Program-made: the position numbers and the translations under genes
The notes under the pieces: generated by a model
Seen by the model: the letters and a program-made list of their open reading frames with translations, nothing else
The model's database searches: none
What the model was told of the DNA's origin: nothing
Shown: positions 48,854 to 59,408 of the stretch, one piece after another
Layout of the letters: every line of letters starts with the position of its first letter
Numbering within the stretch: position 1 is the first letter of the stretch
Assembly (NCBI GenBank): GCA_965225855.1
Contig: CBDDCK010000001.1
Span: 128,001 to 192,000, forward strand
DNA length: 64,000 nt
From: Spirochaetia bacterium
Lineage (GTDB): Bacteria > Spirochaetota > Spirochaetia > SP-2023
Reading direction: 5' to 3'

Positions 48854-49831
48854 TTAAGTTTTATCATTGGCAAACAAAGCACTCAACTCTTGTGATTCTT
48901 TTGGCCCTAGCTGCTCAATAACTTTTGAAGCCTTCAAATTTTGTTCTAATTGCTCTAAAGAGCTAGCTCCTAAAATAATGCTGCTAACATTGGAATTTGC
49001 GGCACACCAAGCAATAGCCAACTGAGCTGAATTACAATTAAATCTTTCGCTGGCAATTTGATTCAATTTTCTCAAAGCTTGATTTTTATCTTGGCGTAGG
49101 AGTTGATCATTTAACCAAAAGTAACCCGGCAATTTGGCTCGACTATCGCTGGGCACACCATCTAAATATTTTCCACTTAAAAACCCTCCCGCAAGCGGAC
49201 TAAAACTGGTAATACCCAAACCAATATCTTGATACAAACGCTTGTATTCTTGCTCCACCAGAGTCCGCGTAACTAAATTATAACAAGGTTGCTCTGTTAC
49301 CGGCTTATGCCAACCATGCCGATCACAAATATCCCAAGCGGCACGAATCTCGGCAGCACTCCATTCACTGGTGCCCCAGTAAAGTGCTTTCCCTTGGGAA
49401 ATTAAATCATGCATAGCATGGGCAGTCTCTTCAATCGGAGTCTTTGGGTCTGGACGATGGCAGTAAATAATATCCAAAAAATCAAAGCCAAGGCGTATTA
49501 AAGAGCCTTCTACAGCTTGAATCAAATATTTTCGATTTAAGGTTTTCTTCATATTGACAATGCCTGAATGAATACCGAAAAAATATTTACTGCTAACGCA
49601 ATAGCTATAGCGCGGTAACCCAAGTTTGCGCAGTGCTTCGCCCATAATTCGTTCGGACTCGCCAGTCTCATAGGCTTCTGCGTTGTCAAAAAAGTTAATA
49701 CCGGCATCGTAGGCAGTCTTGATTATATTCGTAGCACTGTGTAATTGATGATGTCTACCAAATGTGATCCATGAACCCAGTGAAAGTATGCTAAGCTGCA
49801 AACCACTGTTCCCCAAATTGCGATATTGCAT
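48854..49831 (-). CDS. aldo/keto reductase (Kv-beta-like)
   Basis: MQYRNLGNSGL, FFDNAEAY, HRPD, YWGTSEWS, SPLAGG. Confidence 0.93.
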   Translation of the reverse strand: MQYRNLGNSGLQLSILSLGSWITFGRHHQLHSATNIIKTAYDAGINFFDNAEAYETGESERIMGEALRKLGLPRYSYCVSSKYFFGIHSGIVNMKKTLNRKYLIQAVEGSLIRLGFDFLDIIYCHRPDPKTPIEETAHAMHDLISQGKALYWGTSEWSAAEIRAAWDICDRHGWHKPVTEQPCYNLVTRTLVEQEYKRLYQDIGLGITSFSPLAGGFLSGKYLDGVPSDSRAKLPGYFWLNDQLLRQDKNQALRKLNQIASERFNCNSAQLAIAWCAANSNVSSIILGASSLEQLEQNLKASKVIEQLGPKESQELSALFANDKT

Positions 49832-49927
49832 ATTATTTCTCCTAATTATTTTTCGTTTGCCAGTTAATTAAACTAGCATGGATAGATTTAAACAAATTGT
49901 AAATTTACAGAAATTAAACACAAATAA

Positions 49928-50659
49928 CTACATTTTTATGCTAAATTTCCCCTCATAGCCAAAAACAAGGCAGAAATATTTTAGTAATTGCATTGCAACT
50001 TGCTCGACCTGTACATTGGGATTGCTTAAATTTCCCCCGCTTAGTTCATGTTCCAAGCTGGTTACAGAACAGTCGGCAATACCACAAGGTACAATTTGCT
50101 TAAAAAAGTTTAAGTCGGTACATACATTTAAGGCAAAGCCATGCATAGAAACCCCTTGCTTAATGGAGATTCCCAACGCAGCAATCTTACGGGCTGAAAT
50201 ATGCTTTTGCCCCAACCAAACCCCTCTATGCTGGCTATCTCGCCACGGCTCTAAATGATATTCAGAACACAACAACATTAAGGCCTCTTCCAAGCGGAAG
50301 ACAAACTCCTTCACCCCTATCCCTACTTTATTTTCAGATGGACTTTCAAGCTTATGGCCCTGCCCTACATTTAATTCATTTAGTTTCACGTGGGAATAGC
50401 CCATCAATTGCCCCGGGCCATGATACGTTATTTCCCCTCCCCTATCACAACGCAATAGAGGCGCAGCCAACATTTCTTCAGAAACCAAAATATTGTGTTG
50501 GCTATCGCGGCGCCCCATGGTAAAAACGCTATCATGCTCTAACAATAAAAGTGTATCACTAATTTCCCCTGCAAGCCGCTGCTTCCAAATCATCTGCTGG
50601 GCAGCTAAACCCTCTTCATAGGAAAGTCTCCCCAAATATTTCACATTTAAATGATTCAT
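49928..50659 (-). CDS. lipB: lipoyl(octanoyl) transferase
   Basis: LLEH..VFTMGR, RGGEITYHGPGQL, KIAALGI, HGFALN, IVPCGI. Confidence 0.95.
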   Translation of the reverse strand: MNHLNVKYLGRLSYEEGLAAQQMIWKQRLAGEISDTLLLLEHDSVFTMGRRDSQHNILVSEEMLAAPLLRCDRGGEITYHGPGQLMGYSHVKLNELNVGQGHKLESPSENKVGIGVKEFVFRLEEALMLLCSEYHLEPWRDSQHRGVWLGQKHISARKIAALGISIKQGVSMHGFALNVCTDLNFFKQIVPCGIADCSVTSLEHELSGGNLSNPNVQVEQVAMQLLKYFCLVFGYEGKFSIKM

Positions 50660-50676
50660 AATTATAGATTGAAATT

Positions 50677-52476
50677 TTAAGATTGATATGCATCACGATG
50701 AATATCACGCACAGCACGACCAGAAGGGTCATCAAATGATTGGCTACCAGCATAAGCTTTGCCCGCACGAACCAACCATTCAAAACCTGTTTCCGTAGAG
50801 CACGCTACCGATTTAATTTGAGGCACGGTCAAAGCTGCAGAAGCATTAGGAAACAATTTTTCAAAAATACTGCGGTAAAGATAAGCTTCCTTAGAACTGG
50901 GAGGATTGATCGCAAAACGGAGGCTGGCCCGCTGCATCTGGGCATCGCTAATTTCCTTTCCAGCCAACGCTTTGAGACCGTCAATCCAACTATAACCCAC
51001 ACCATCAGAAAATTGTTCTTTTTGCCGCCACAAAATATCTTCATCTAAATAACCTTCAAAAGCCTTGCGAAGCAGCCATTTTTCCATACCGCGTTGACGC
51101 CCCAATTTAGGATTGGCCATTTTATTGGCTGGATTAAAACGCATCGCAATATCGAGGAAACGGCGGTCTAAAAACGGCACACGAGGTTCTACACCCCAAG
51201 CCATCATAGCTTTATTAGCCCGCAGACAATCATAGTAGTGGAGCCGCTGCAATTTGCGCACTGTTTCTTTGTGCAACTCTTGGGGATTGGGAGCATGGTG
51301 AAAATATAAATAACCACCAAAAATTTCATCAGAACCTTCACCCGAAAGAACCATTTTGATACCCATAGACTTAATTTTTCGTGCCAACAAATACATCGGA
51401 GTAGAAGCCCTAACGGTGGTAACATCGTAAGTTTCTAAGTGATAAATAACTTGGCTTAGAGCATTCAAACCATCATCTACGGTAAAATGGAAATTGTGGT
51501 GCACTGTCCCCAATTGAGCAGCCACTTTGACTGCGGCTTGCAAATCGGGAGAACCTTTTAACCCAATGGCAAAAGAATGTAAGCGCGGCCACCAAGCTTC
51601 ACTTTGGTCATTATTCTCAACGCGAAGGCGCGCATAACGTGCTGCAACTGTAGCAATTAGTGAAGAGTCCAAGCCTCCACTAAGCAACACACCATAAGGT
51701 ACGTCCGACATTAAATGGCTATGCACAGAATCCTCCAAACTGTTACGCAGCATAGTTAAAGCTTCATTACAAGCATCATTATTTTCTTGTTCGGCATCCA
51801 GCATCGGAGGAAACACGTGAGAGTTGTTATTCAATCTATCCAAACTATTCAATTGCGAAAATTTAAACCAATGAGGCTGATAATAACATTCTAGCTTGCC
51901 AGTTCGGCTATCCAAATAATGCCCCGGAGGAAAGATATTCACCGATGTACAAGAATCGGCAATGCACTTCATTTCTGAAGAAACATAAAAATGGCCTTTT
52001 TCATTATAGCCTGTATACAATGGAATAATACCTAAGTAATCGCGTGCCACTAAATATTGTTTCGTTTCTGTGTTATACAGAATAAAGGCAAACATACCAC
52101 GCAATTCGTTCAAAAAATCCAAACCCTTTTCCATGTAATCCAAATACAAAGGCAAAAGCACTTCACAATCAGAGTCGGACTGGTAAGCATAAGATTTGTA
52201 ATGTCGGCGAAGGTCTTGATAATTGTAAATCTCACCATTTACCACTAACACCAATTTGCCATCAGCAGAAAACAGTGGCTGCTCACCGGATTCCATACCG
52301 ATAATCGCCAAACGCTCGTGGGCAAATAAGGCTTCATTATTCATGTAATAACCGCTCCAATCAGGTCCACGGTGGCGTTGTCTCATCGATAAATCGGTCA
52401 AATGCTCACGTTGCTTTTGAGGTTGTTGTTCGTTATTATCATAGTTCAATTCCAAAATACCTAAAATTCCACACAC
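50677..52476 (-). CDS. asnB: glutamine-hydrolysing asparagine synthase B; true start likely GTG at 52476
   Basis: GGAG then GTG-TGT-GGA-ATT gives the N-terminal M-C-G-I nucleophile; HRGPD, NGEIYN, LSGGLDSS, SGEGSDE. Confidence 0.95.
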   Translation of the reverse strand: MCGILGILELNYDNNEQQPQKQREHLTDLSMRQRHRGPDWSGYYMNNEALFAHERLAIIGMESGEQPLFSADGKLVLVVNGEIYNYQDLRRHYKSYAYQSDSDCEVLLPLYLDYMEKGLDFLNELRGMFAFILYNTETKQYLVARDYLGIIPLYTGYNEKGHFYVSSEMKCIADSCTSVNIFPPGHYLDSRTGKLECYYQPHWFKFSQLNSLDRLNNNSHVFPPMLDAEQENNDACNEALTMLRNSLEDSVHSHLMSDVPYGVLLSGGLDSSLIATVAARYARLRVENNDQSEAWWPRLHSFAIGLKGSPDLQAAVKVAAQLGTVHHNFHFTVDDGLNALSQVIYHLETYDVTTVRASTPMYLLARKIKSMGIKMVLSGEGSDEIFGGYLYFHHAPNPQELHKETVRKLQRLHYYDCLRANKAMMAWGVEPRVPFLDRRFLDIAMRFNPANKMANPKLGRQRGMEKWLLRKAFEGYLDEDILWRQKEQFSDGVGYSWIDGLKALAGKEISDAQMQRASLRFAINPPSSKEAYLYRSIFEKLFPNASAALTVPQIKSVACSTETGFEWLVRAGKAYAGSQSFDDPSGRAVRDIHRDAYQS

Positions 52477-52571
52477 AACATTGCTCCATAAAACTCTGAA
52501 CCCCTTGCAGAGCATCTCGCTTAAATTCAGAGTAGCATACTGAAAAGCGAGAGTTCAGAAAACTGTTCTAC

Positions 52572-53222
52572 CTATTTTCGATAGAGTTCTTGATTACGGC
52601 CAAAAACATGGATAGCTTCTGTACCACTGGCTTGTATGTCTTCCCAGTCTACATCTAAGGCATCGATTTTCCAGCCCTGATCTTTTTTGATAAAGTACAT
52701 GTTTGCCCGTAAAAATGCACGGTTATCATCAATACCCAGCCTACAACGAACCCGAGCGTAATCGTAGTCAATAACAGGATTCGCTAAACGCACTAAGCTC
52801 AATTGTAAAGATTTCACAGGCAATAAATTTTTTACATGCCCGGTTTTTGAACCGTTGCTCTGCTCAATTTCCGAAAATTGCTTTGAGGGAATTTTCTGCG
52901 CTTCACGGAATAAAGTCGGCATATCTTTGGTAAATGGAGCTACTTGTTCTCTCACTTGGAATTTACCATCATTACTAAGTAGAGTCGTATCCAACTTGCC
53001 AATATTTACTTGGTTCCAAAAACTGCGGATTAACTCAAAAATTTCTTGGGTCGCCCGTGAAGCTCCATCAGGCACATACATCAAACCCAAAACCTTATCC
53101 TGCGGGTAGATATTATCCCCTAAAAGATGGCCCAGTGCTTCATCTTGTAAACTCTGGCCAGCTAACGGTAAGCCCCAATTGGAGCTCAAGACCAAGCACA
53201 ACATAATGAAAGCGAAACGCAT
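52572..53222 (-). CDS. hypothetical exported protein
   Basis: Signal peptide; NTF2-like C-terminal pattern (GWKIDAL). Confidence 0.65.
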   Translation of the reverse strand: MRFAFIMLCLVLSSNWGLPLAGQSLQDEALGHLLGDNIYPQDKVLGLMYVPDGASRATQEIFELIRSFWNQVNIGKLDTTLLSNDGKFQVREQVAPFTKDMPTLFREAQKIPSKQFSEIEQSNGSKTGHVKNLLPVKSLQLSLVRLANPVIDYDYARVRCRLGIDDNRAFLRANMYFIKKDQGWKIDALDVDWEDIQASGTEAIHVFGRNQELYRK

Positions 53223-53236
53223 TTTTGTATTTATTT

Positions 53237-53650
53237 CTATTCGCTTAGATTGACCGTACTTTCATTTTCCTGCAGGGTTTTATTTTCGCCTGCTTCGATA
53301 TTCGGTTGGCTATCTTGTGGTTTGCTTTGATCCTTCATCGCTTTCCGTTCCAGTTGTTCTTGCTTGTTTTTTTTTTGCTGATAGCTTTTTAGCTCTGCAA
53401 GCTTGTGATACAACTTGCGTTCATTGATAAATATGGATACCACACCTAAAGCTAGAGCAGATCCTATGAGCAAAAAAGAAATTAACAAACTGGAAAGTCC
53501 TAAATTTTCCAGCTCCCACCAGCTCCCCAGTAGTGAAAATTTATCAATTAAGATGTTGTTGTTTTGCCACAAAATTGCGCTTAAAAAGCCAATAATAATG
53601 GGGAAACATAGTATCCCTATTAACCGTAGCACGAGCTTGATTCGTTCCAA
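53237..53650 (-). CDS. LapA-like small membrane protein
   Basis: Two TM helices with QN motif followed by coiled coil. Confidence 0.55.
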   Translation of the reverse strand: MERIKLVLRLIGILCFPIIIGFLSAILWQNNNILIDKFSLLGSWWELENLGLSSLLISFLLIGSALALGVVSIFINERKLYHKLAELKSYQQKKNKQEQLERKAMKDQSKPQDSQPNIEAGENKTLQENESTVNLSE

Positions 53651-54075
53651 AAGAAAACCCTTTATAAAATACTGGCTAGTATTTAGAAAATTTCAACTAT
53701 TTGTACAAATAGCATTGTCCATAAATTTTTAGCATTATACCAATTTGTTGGGTACTGTGTAAAAGTTCTGCTAGAGAATACCTTTATAAAAATATGGACT
53801 TTCTGTATAAATGGACAAAAGTATAAAAAATATTTTAAATATACCGAGTAACTATTTTTGGAAATAAGCACGGTAAGTATAATAATTCTTGGAAGGGAAT
53901 AACAATCATACAGAATGGCTACAATCCATCTGGGGTAGTTACAAAAAACCTACAAGAAAAATAACACCAAATGCCTATTTTATCATTACTTGCGTAATAG
54001 ACTTATATATCAGAAAATCTAGTATCACATTATACATAAAATAAGCTGTTAAATTGTGGAGTGTTAAAAATTTAT

Positions 54076-55212
54076 ATGTACAAAGTTGATAGTGTTAGTA
54101 TTTTAGCAGGCGGCGGCGGTACTAGACTATGGCCAGCATCAACCGAACAACACCCCAAACAATTTATGAAAGTGGCTGCCAGTAAAAGTCTTTTACTGCA
54201 AACTATCGAACGTTCTTGGGCTTTACAGCCGGCTTTAGGTGTTTTTGTCATTTGCAACCAACGCCATCTGAATGAAATTCACGATGAGATAGCTCAACTT
54301 CCAGCAGAACAAGTCCGTAAAACATATGTGATGTCAGAGCCTTTTATGCGCAATACAGCAACAGCTTTATTTTACGCCAACTTGCTAATTGAAGAATTGG
54401 CTGGCCCCCAAACTATCAATTTGGTACAAACTTCCGATCATTTGGTTGGAGAATTTCATGCCTTTAACAAGACTATAGACAAGGCTGTTGCATTGGCGCA
54501 AACGCAGCGCATCGTAGTCTTTGGAATAAAACCTTTATATCCTGCCACTGGTTATGGCTACATTGAGCGAAGTACTGCTATTCTGGAAATAGAAGAAGGC
54601 TTTCAAGTAGAGCGATTTACCGAAAAACCCACGCTTGAAGAAGCTCAAGAATTTATCGCCAGTGGCAAGTACTATTGGAATTCGGGCATGTTTTGCTACC
54701 CGGTGGGGCTTTTTTGCAAAGAGCTTACCGCTTTAACTCCAAATATTCCGGCTGCCTTTGGGGATTTTAAAGCCCTCAGAAATAGTTTCATTCAACAGCT
54801 AGAAGTAAAAGAAAACGCTATATTATTACAACCTTCGGCACAGCTCGAAGCAGCTTACAATAGTTGCGAAAGTATTTCCGTAGATTATGCGCTTATGGAA
54901 AAGACCAAAAAGTTGGCCTTGCTACCTGCAAATTTTGATTGGAACGACATTGGTTCTTGGGACGTACTTTCCACTTTAGAACCGAGTAGCACACTTGTCG
55001 TGGAGGTAGGGCAAAGTGGTGGTAATTTCGTACGCAGTAGCCTGCCCGTTGCTCTTTGCAATGTCGGTAACCTAATTGTTGTAGAAGAAAATGGCGTCTT
55101 GTTAATTTGCGAAAAAGGTTCTACTGAATTGGTCAAACAAGCCCGAACTTGTTTAATCGACCTTATCCAAGAACAAAGGTCTGGACAAAGTGAAAGTTAT
55201 AGCTCCACTTAA
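54076..55212 (+). CDS. manC: mannose-1-phosphate guanylyltransferase
   Basis: ILAGGGGTRLWP.S...PKQF, EP..RNTA, TGYGYI, FTEKP, WNSGMF, ISVDYA.MEK, WNDIGSW. Confidence 0.9.
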   Translation: MYKVDSVSILAGGGGTRLWPASTEQHPKQFMKVAASKSLLLQTIERSWALQPALGVFVICNQRHLNEIHDEIAQLPAEQVRKTYVMSEPFMRNTATALFYANLLIEELAGPQTINLVQTSDHLVGEFHAFNKTIDKAVALAQTQRIVVFGIKPLYPATGYGYIERSTAILEIEEGFQVERFTEKPTLEEAQEFIASGKYYWNSGMFCYPVGLFCKELTALTPNIPAAFGDFKALRNSFIQQLEVKENAILLQPSAQLEAAYNSCESISVDYALMEKTKKLALLPANFDWNDIGSWDVLSTLEPSSTLVVEVGQSGGNFVRSSLPVALCNVGNLIVVEENGVLLICEKGSTELVKQARTCLIDLIQEQRSGQSESYSST

Positions 55213-55226
55213 ATTTGTTTTAATAA

Positions 55227-55772
55227 TTAAAACGCAAAACTATTTTGTTGATGGAGAAGACAAATCGCTGCAGCCAGAGCATCAGCAGCATGATGAGAAT
55301 TTTGAATGCCCAACCCCAAGCTTTCATTTTGTTTTAAGCCCAATAGAAAAGCGACCATCTCCTGCACTTGTTTTTTTTGCGCTTTACCGTGGCCAGTTAC
55401 AACTTGCTTAATAAGGTTTGCACTAAATTCGCTTACAGGTGCATTGTGTTGTGTGGCACAGAGCAATATGACCCCGCGCGCATGGGCAACAGGCAAAGCA
55501 CTACTGCTATTTTTATTAAAATATAATTCTTCTACTGCGCATTGCACAGGTTGGTAATGGCTGAAAACAACGGCTAATTCTTGATAAAGCTTTTTCAAAC
55601 GCTCTGTAAGCGGCAAAGAATTATTAGTCTTTATTTCACCACATTCGATGAAACGCAGAGTCTGAAAAGCCCTTGAATGGATTCCTCTAGCCTGATAGCT
55701 TGCTGGACAGATGATTCCCCAGCCACAATGAGCTAGGCCTGGATCAATACCAATAACGTTGTTTTTTTCCAT
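55227..55772 (-). CDS. ruvC: Holliday junction resolvase
   Basis: IGIDPG, VEELYF, HARGV, IKQVVTGHGKAQK, ADALAAA. Confidence 0.93.
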   Translation of the reverse strand: MEKNNVIGIDPGLAHCGWGIICPASYQARGIHSRAFQTLRFIECGEIKTNNSLPLTERLKKLYQELAVVFSHYQPVQCAVEELYFNKNSSSALPVAHARGVILLCATQHNAPVSEFSANLIKQVVTGHGKAQKKQVQEMVAFLLGLKQNESLGLGIQNSHHAADALAAAICLLHQQNSFAF

Positions 55773-56028
55773 TATAGTTTCTTTTAAAATTGGATTAATA
55801 ACTACAATTAAATTCCAGATAAAATTTTTACAATATTTCATTATAATGATTTATCTGCTATATGAAAAAATATTAAACAAATTTTAAACCTTCCACATTC
55901 TCTAGCAATAAAGTTTTATTAGAGCATCACTATTCAGAAATTTTAAAATTTCTTATAATCTTTGGACTGTTATTATCCTAGTTGATTTATCCATGAGTAA
56001 TATCTAATTTTAAAAATAAGAAGTATTT

Positions 56029-57375
56029 GTGATGACCGGATTTTTGTTTACATTTATAGCTATAAGTGTTTTAGCTATTTTGGCTTTTCCTTTAATAATT
56101 TTAAAAAATAAAATGAAAGGTTCTAGGTGCGATAAAGAAAATGTCCTATCGAGTTTAAAAACATTAGAACGTAATCCAGAAGATATTTATGCCTTAGAGC
56201 ATCTAGGCTGGGTTCGCTATGAAGAGAAAAACTATAAAGAGGCCTATCATTATTATTCGAAATTGGTTGTTTTAATTTCCAATAATGATGGAAGTCATAG
56301 AATACCTTCTCTCGATCGCTATCAAGTTTATTTAAATTTTGGTATTTCGGCTTATCATATAGGGGAAAAAGCAGAATCTTTTACTTGTCTACAGAAAGCT
56401 CGGCTTGTGATAAACAATACCAATACATTTAAATTATTTTATTATATTGGTTTAATAAATTTTGAAAAAGATAACTATCTCGATGCTAGTTCCGCATTTC
56501 ATACTGCATTAGAACAAGCCCCCAATCATAAAGAAACAAGAACAAAGTTAGCCATTTGTAATTATCAGCTAGGTAAATTTGATAGAGCTTTACCTTTACT
56601 AGAAGAGCTATCCAATCCCGAAGAACCAGGGGAATTAGATTTTTTTCGGGCAATTTCTCTTGTTCAGCTCAATAAAAAAGAAGAAGCATTAGATTGTTTG
56701 ACCAATGTGGCAAATAGGTTAGAAGAATACCGCCTCCGTTGTTGGTATGAGATGGCAAAGATTTATCTTGAGCAAAAAGCAACAGAAAGGACCGTAGAAG
56801 TTTGTCAAGATATTATAAGCTTGGGTGATACTGCTGGTATTGAAGAATTGAGTTTCGCCTACTATGAAGGTGCTAAAATTTTTGCGAAAATGGGCTCCAT
56901 TGATAAAGCGGCAAAAATGTTGGGAGCTCTGCTGAAGTTCAACAATTCTTACCAAGATGCAGCCATTTTATACAAGCGTTATAGAGCTAGTCAGGATTGC
57001 CCACAACTCTTTCGCCTGCTGGAAGGAGATGAGGAAGTTCGCCGCCGAACTGCGATAAAATTGGCCGATGTTCTGGTGCCAAATTTAGTTGATATTGAAA
57101 TCATAAGCGAAGGTGCAGGCGTATTTGAAGTCTCTGCATATGAAAAAAAAAATAAAGATAAATATTATATTTGGGCTTGTTTTCAGGACAAAAAAGTTAC
57201 AATGCGCCAAGTTTTTCACGCTCATGTAAACTCTAAGCAATATGGTTGTGTCCGTTGCGTTCTGGCCAGTCTTTCTGGTTTTGAACAAGATACAGAAACT
57301 TATGTCAAGGGGCGACCCATCACTTTAATATCTAAAAGTGAATTGAAAGAGTATATTGATAAAATTGATGGTTAG
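56029..57375 (+). CDS. membrane-anchored TPR protein with C-terminal Mrr-like (restriction-endonuclease fold) domain
   Basis: N-terminal TM helix, multiple TPRs, C-terminal S.F.....Y..GRPITLI...L pattern. Confidence 0.75.
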   Translation: MMTGFLFTFIAISVLAILAFPLIILKNKMKGSRCDKENVLSSLKTLERNPEDIYALEHLGWVRYEEKNYKEAYHYYSKLVVLISNNDGSHRIPSLDRYQVYLNFGISAYHIGEKAESFTCLQKARLVINNTNTFKLFYYIGLINFEKDNYLDASSAFHTALEQAPNHKETRTKLAICNYQLGKFDRALPLLEELSNPEEPGELDFFRAISLVQLNKKEEALDCLTNVANRLEEYRLRCWYEMAKIYLEQKATERTVEVCQDIISLGDTAGIEELSFAYYEGAKIFAKMGSIDKAAKMLGALLKFNNSYQDAAILYKRYRASQDCPQLFRLLEGDEEVRRRTAIKLADVLVPNLVDIEIISEGAGVFEVSAYEKKNKDKYYIWACFQDKKVTMRQVFHAHVNSKQYGCVRCVLASLSGFEQDTETYVKGRPITLISKSELKEYIDKIDG

Positions 57376-57404
57376 GGCTTTGAGAAATTTATATTATTTA
57401 TTTT

Positions 57405-58299
57405 TTTATCTGGCAAAGAAAAATAATAATCTTTTTGGGGCGACTATTGTTTGCTTCTTGTGATGGCTTGCTTTGGCAGCAGCAATATAAAATTGTAGTA
57501 GTGCTACTGGAAACAGATTCTCTTTGGAAGCAAAATTATTCGACAGCGTTTTAGTTCATATAAATTTAATGATAACCTCGGCCGATAAATTATTTATCAA
57601 ACAAGGTCTTAGCGAAAAGTTTTCTTGGCTCAAATTACACGATAAATATCGCAGTGTAATTATTTGGGCTTCCCGTCCACTGGAAAAAATTTCACCAGAA
57701 ATTCGCAAAGGATTATCTACAAAGGTACCGTTTTAATTGTCTATCGTTATCGTCCCATTGGGCCTTGAACCCAATTTGGTTATTGAGCCTGCTTATGAAG
57801 ATTTAGGAAGAAAACAAGCTGCTTTTCTGAAAACACTGCCTTTTCGCAGTCCGTTGGTTTTGCTAAGTGAAAATTCAGATATTCTGGAAGCCGTCCGCAG
57901 TTATAAAACCTTACTTTAAAACTTATTAGAGCAATTGCTAAGAGTATTTACAGACAAAGCCAGAGCAAACCATAGGTATACTTTGCCCTTCCTTTGATTG
58001 CGGACGCAAAGCATTAAGTCTGGCAAAAATACTATGGGCCAAATCGCTTTGAGTTTGATAGCAAAACCATGGATAATCTTGAAGATATGGATAATATGGA
58101 AAAATCGCAAATTTTGGATATGTTTCGTGTTAACCAAAACCTCCGAGTACAACTGCTGGCTATTGAAAGTAGACGTTTGATTCAAACGGCCATTATGCTA
58201 GCTTTTTATTATTTAAAACTACCTCCAAATTCATCGAATACAAATATACCAATAGAAACAAAGTTACCATCTGGTGCTCAACTCTTATTTAAATCTTGA
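57405..58299 (+). pseudogene. decayed putative lipoprotein gene
   Basis: LFAS-C fragment; ORFs 57524-57736 and 57737-57919 are in one frame, separated by a single TAA; further fragment 58069-58299. Confidence 0.5.
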
Positions 58300-58398
58300 C
58301 ATACCTCATACATAAATACAAAGCCGTGAATGGGTGAAAAATGCTTTCTAGCCTGTATGATTTTATTTAAACATAATCGGATATAGAGGATTTTAGCA

Positions 58399-59273
58399 AT
58401 GCTAGTTTTTGGGATTTTAGGTATCGCTGTATTTATAGTCATTATAGTTATATATTTTCATAGAAGGCTTAGCCATAGAGATTGGCTCAATACAGATGAT
58501 GGTATTTTACAACAAGCGTTAGAGGATTTGCAGCGTAACCCCAAAAGTATAGAATCTTTGCTTATTACCGGTAGTATATTCTACAAGAAAAAAATTATGA
58601 AAAATCTTTTGAATGCTATTCAAAAATTATCGTTTTAACGAGCCCAGATATAAAGAGATACTTAAACCAAGAAGCTTGTTTCCAAGTCTATTTAGAATTT
58701 GATATTGATGCTTATCACCTAAAAAAATTTGATAATGCCATGATCAGCCTAAAAAAAGCACGCAAAACCATTCCCGATGCATCTGATTTAAAGCTTGCAA
58801 AAACTTTAGGTTATTTATTGTACAGAAAGGGGAGTTATTCTGAAGCTGTCAAAGAATTAGCAAGTGCCCGAAAATTAAAAATCGCTGATAGTAATAATAG
58901 TTTTTATCTAAGAATGTGTTATTTTCAATTGGGCCGATATAAAGTCGTAAAACAATTACTACTGCTATTACTACCCAGGATACGCAGAATAGAAAATGAT
59001 CGGTATCAATCTCACAACATTGATATGCTTGTAGATTCAATGAAAAAACAAGAAAGTACCAATTATTATGTTTGGCTCGATCTGCATAATGAAGTAGTTC
59101 GTTTGGAAAAAGTGCGAGAAGTATTTGATCGTGGCAAAAAAATAGGTTGTAGCCGTTATTTACTGATAAGTACAGATATTTTTGAAGATAGTGTTGAACA
59201 ATTTAAAGAGGTTCGTCCCATTGAAACTGTGGAAGGTCCAGCATTGCGTGAAAAGCTACTAAAAGTACCGTAA
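58399..59273 (+). pseudogene. frameshifted, internally deleted paralog of the 56029 TPR gene
   Basis: LQRNPKSI vs LERNPEDI; frame break in A7 at ~58588-58594; QVYL.F.I.AYH; RPIETVEG vs RPITLISK. Confidence 0.75.
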
Positions 59274-59408
59274 AACTTTATTATATAATAAATAAAATAT
59301 TTTAGGTTACGCAATAATCTACTGCTTATTTTCACAGTAGGCATAAAGATATAAAATAAATTTTTTTCAAAATTCCTAATATGATTAGGTATAAGTGAGA
59401 GGTTTTTT

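Noticed and set aside
54028..54056. dif site (CATAA...TGTTAAAT)
   Set aside because: Spacing between the arms is 2 bp short of the 28-bp consensus and the XerD arm is incomplete.
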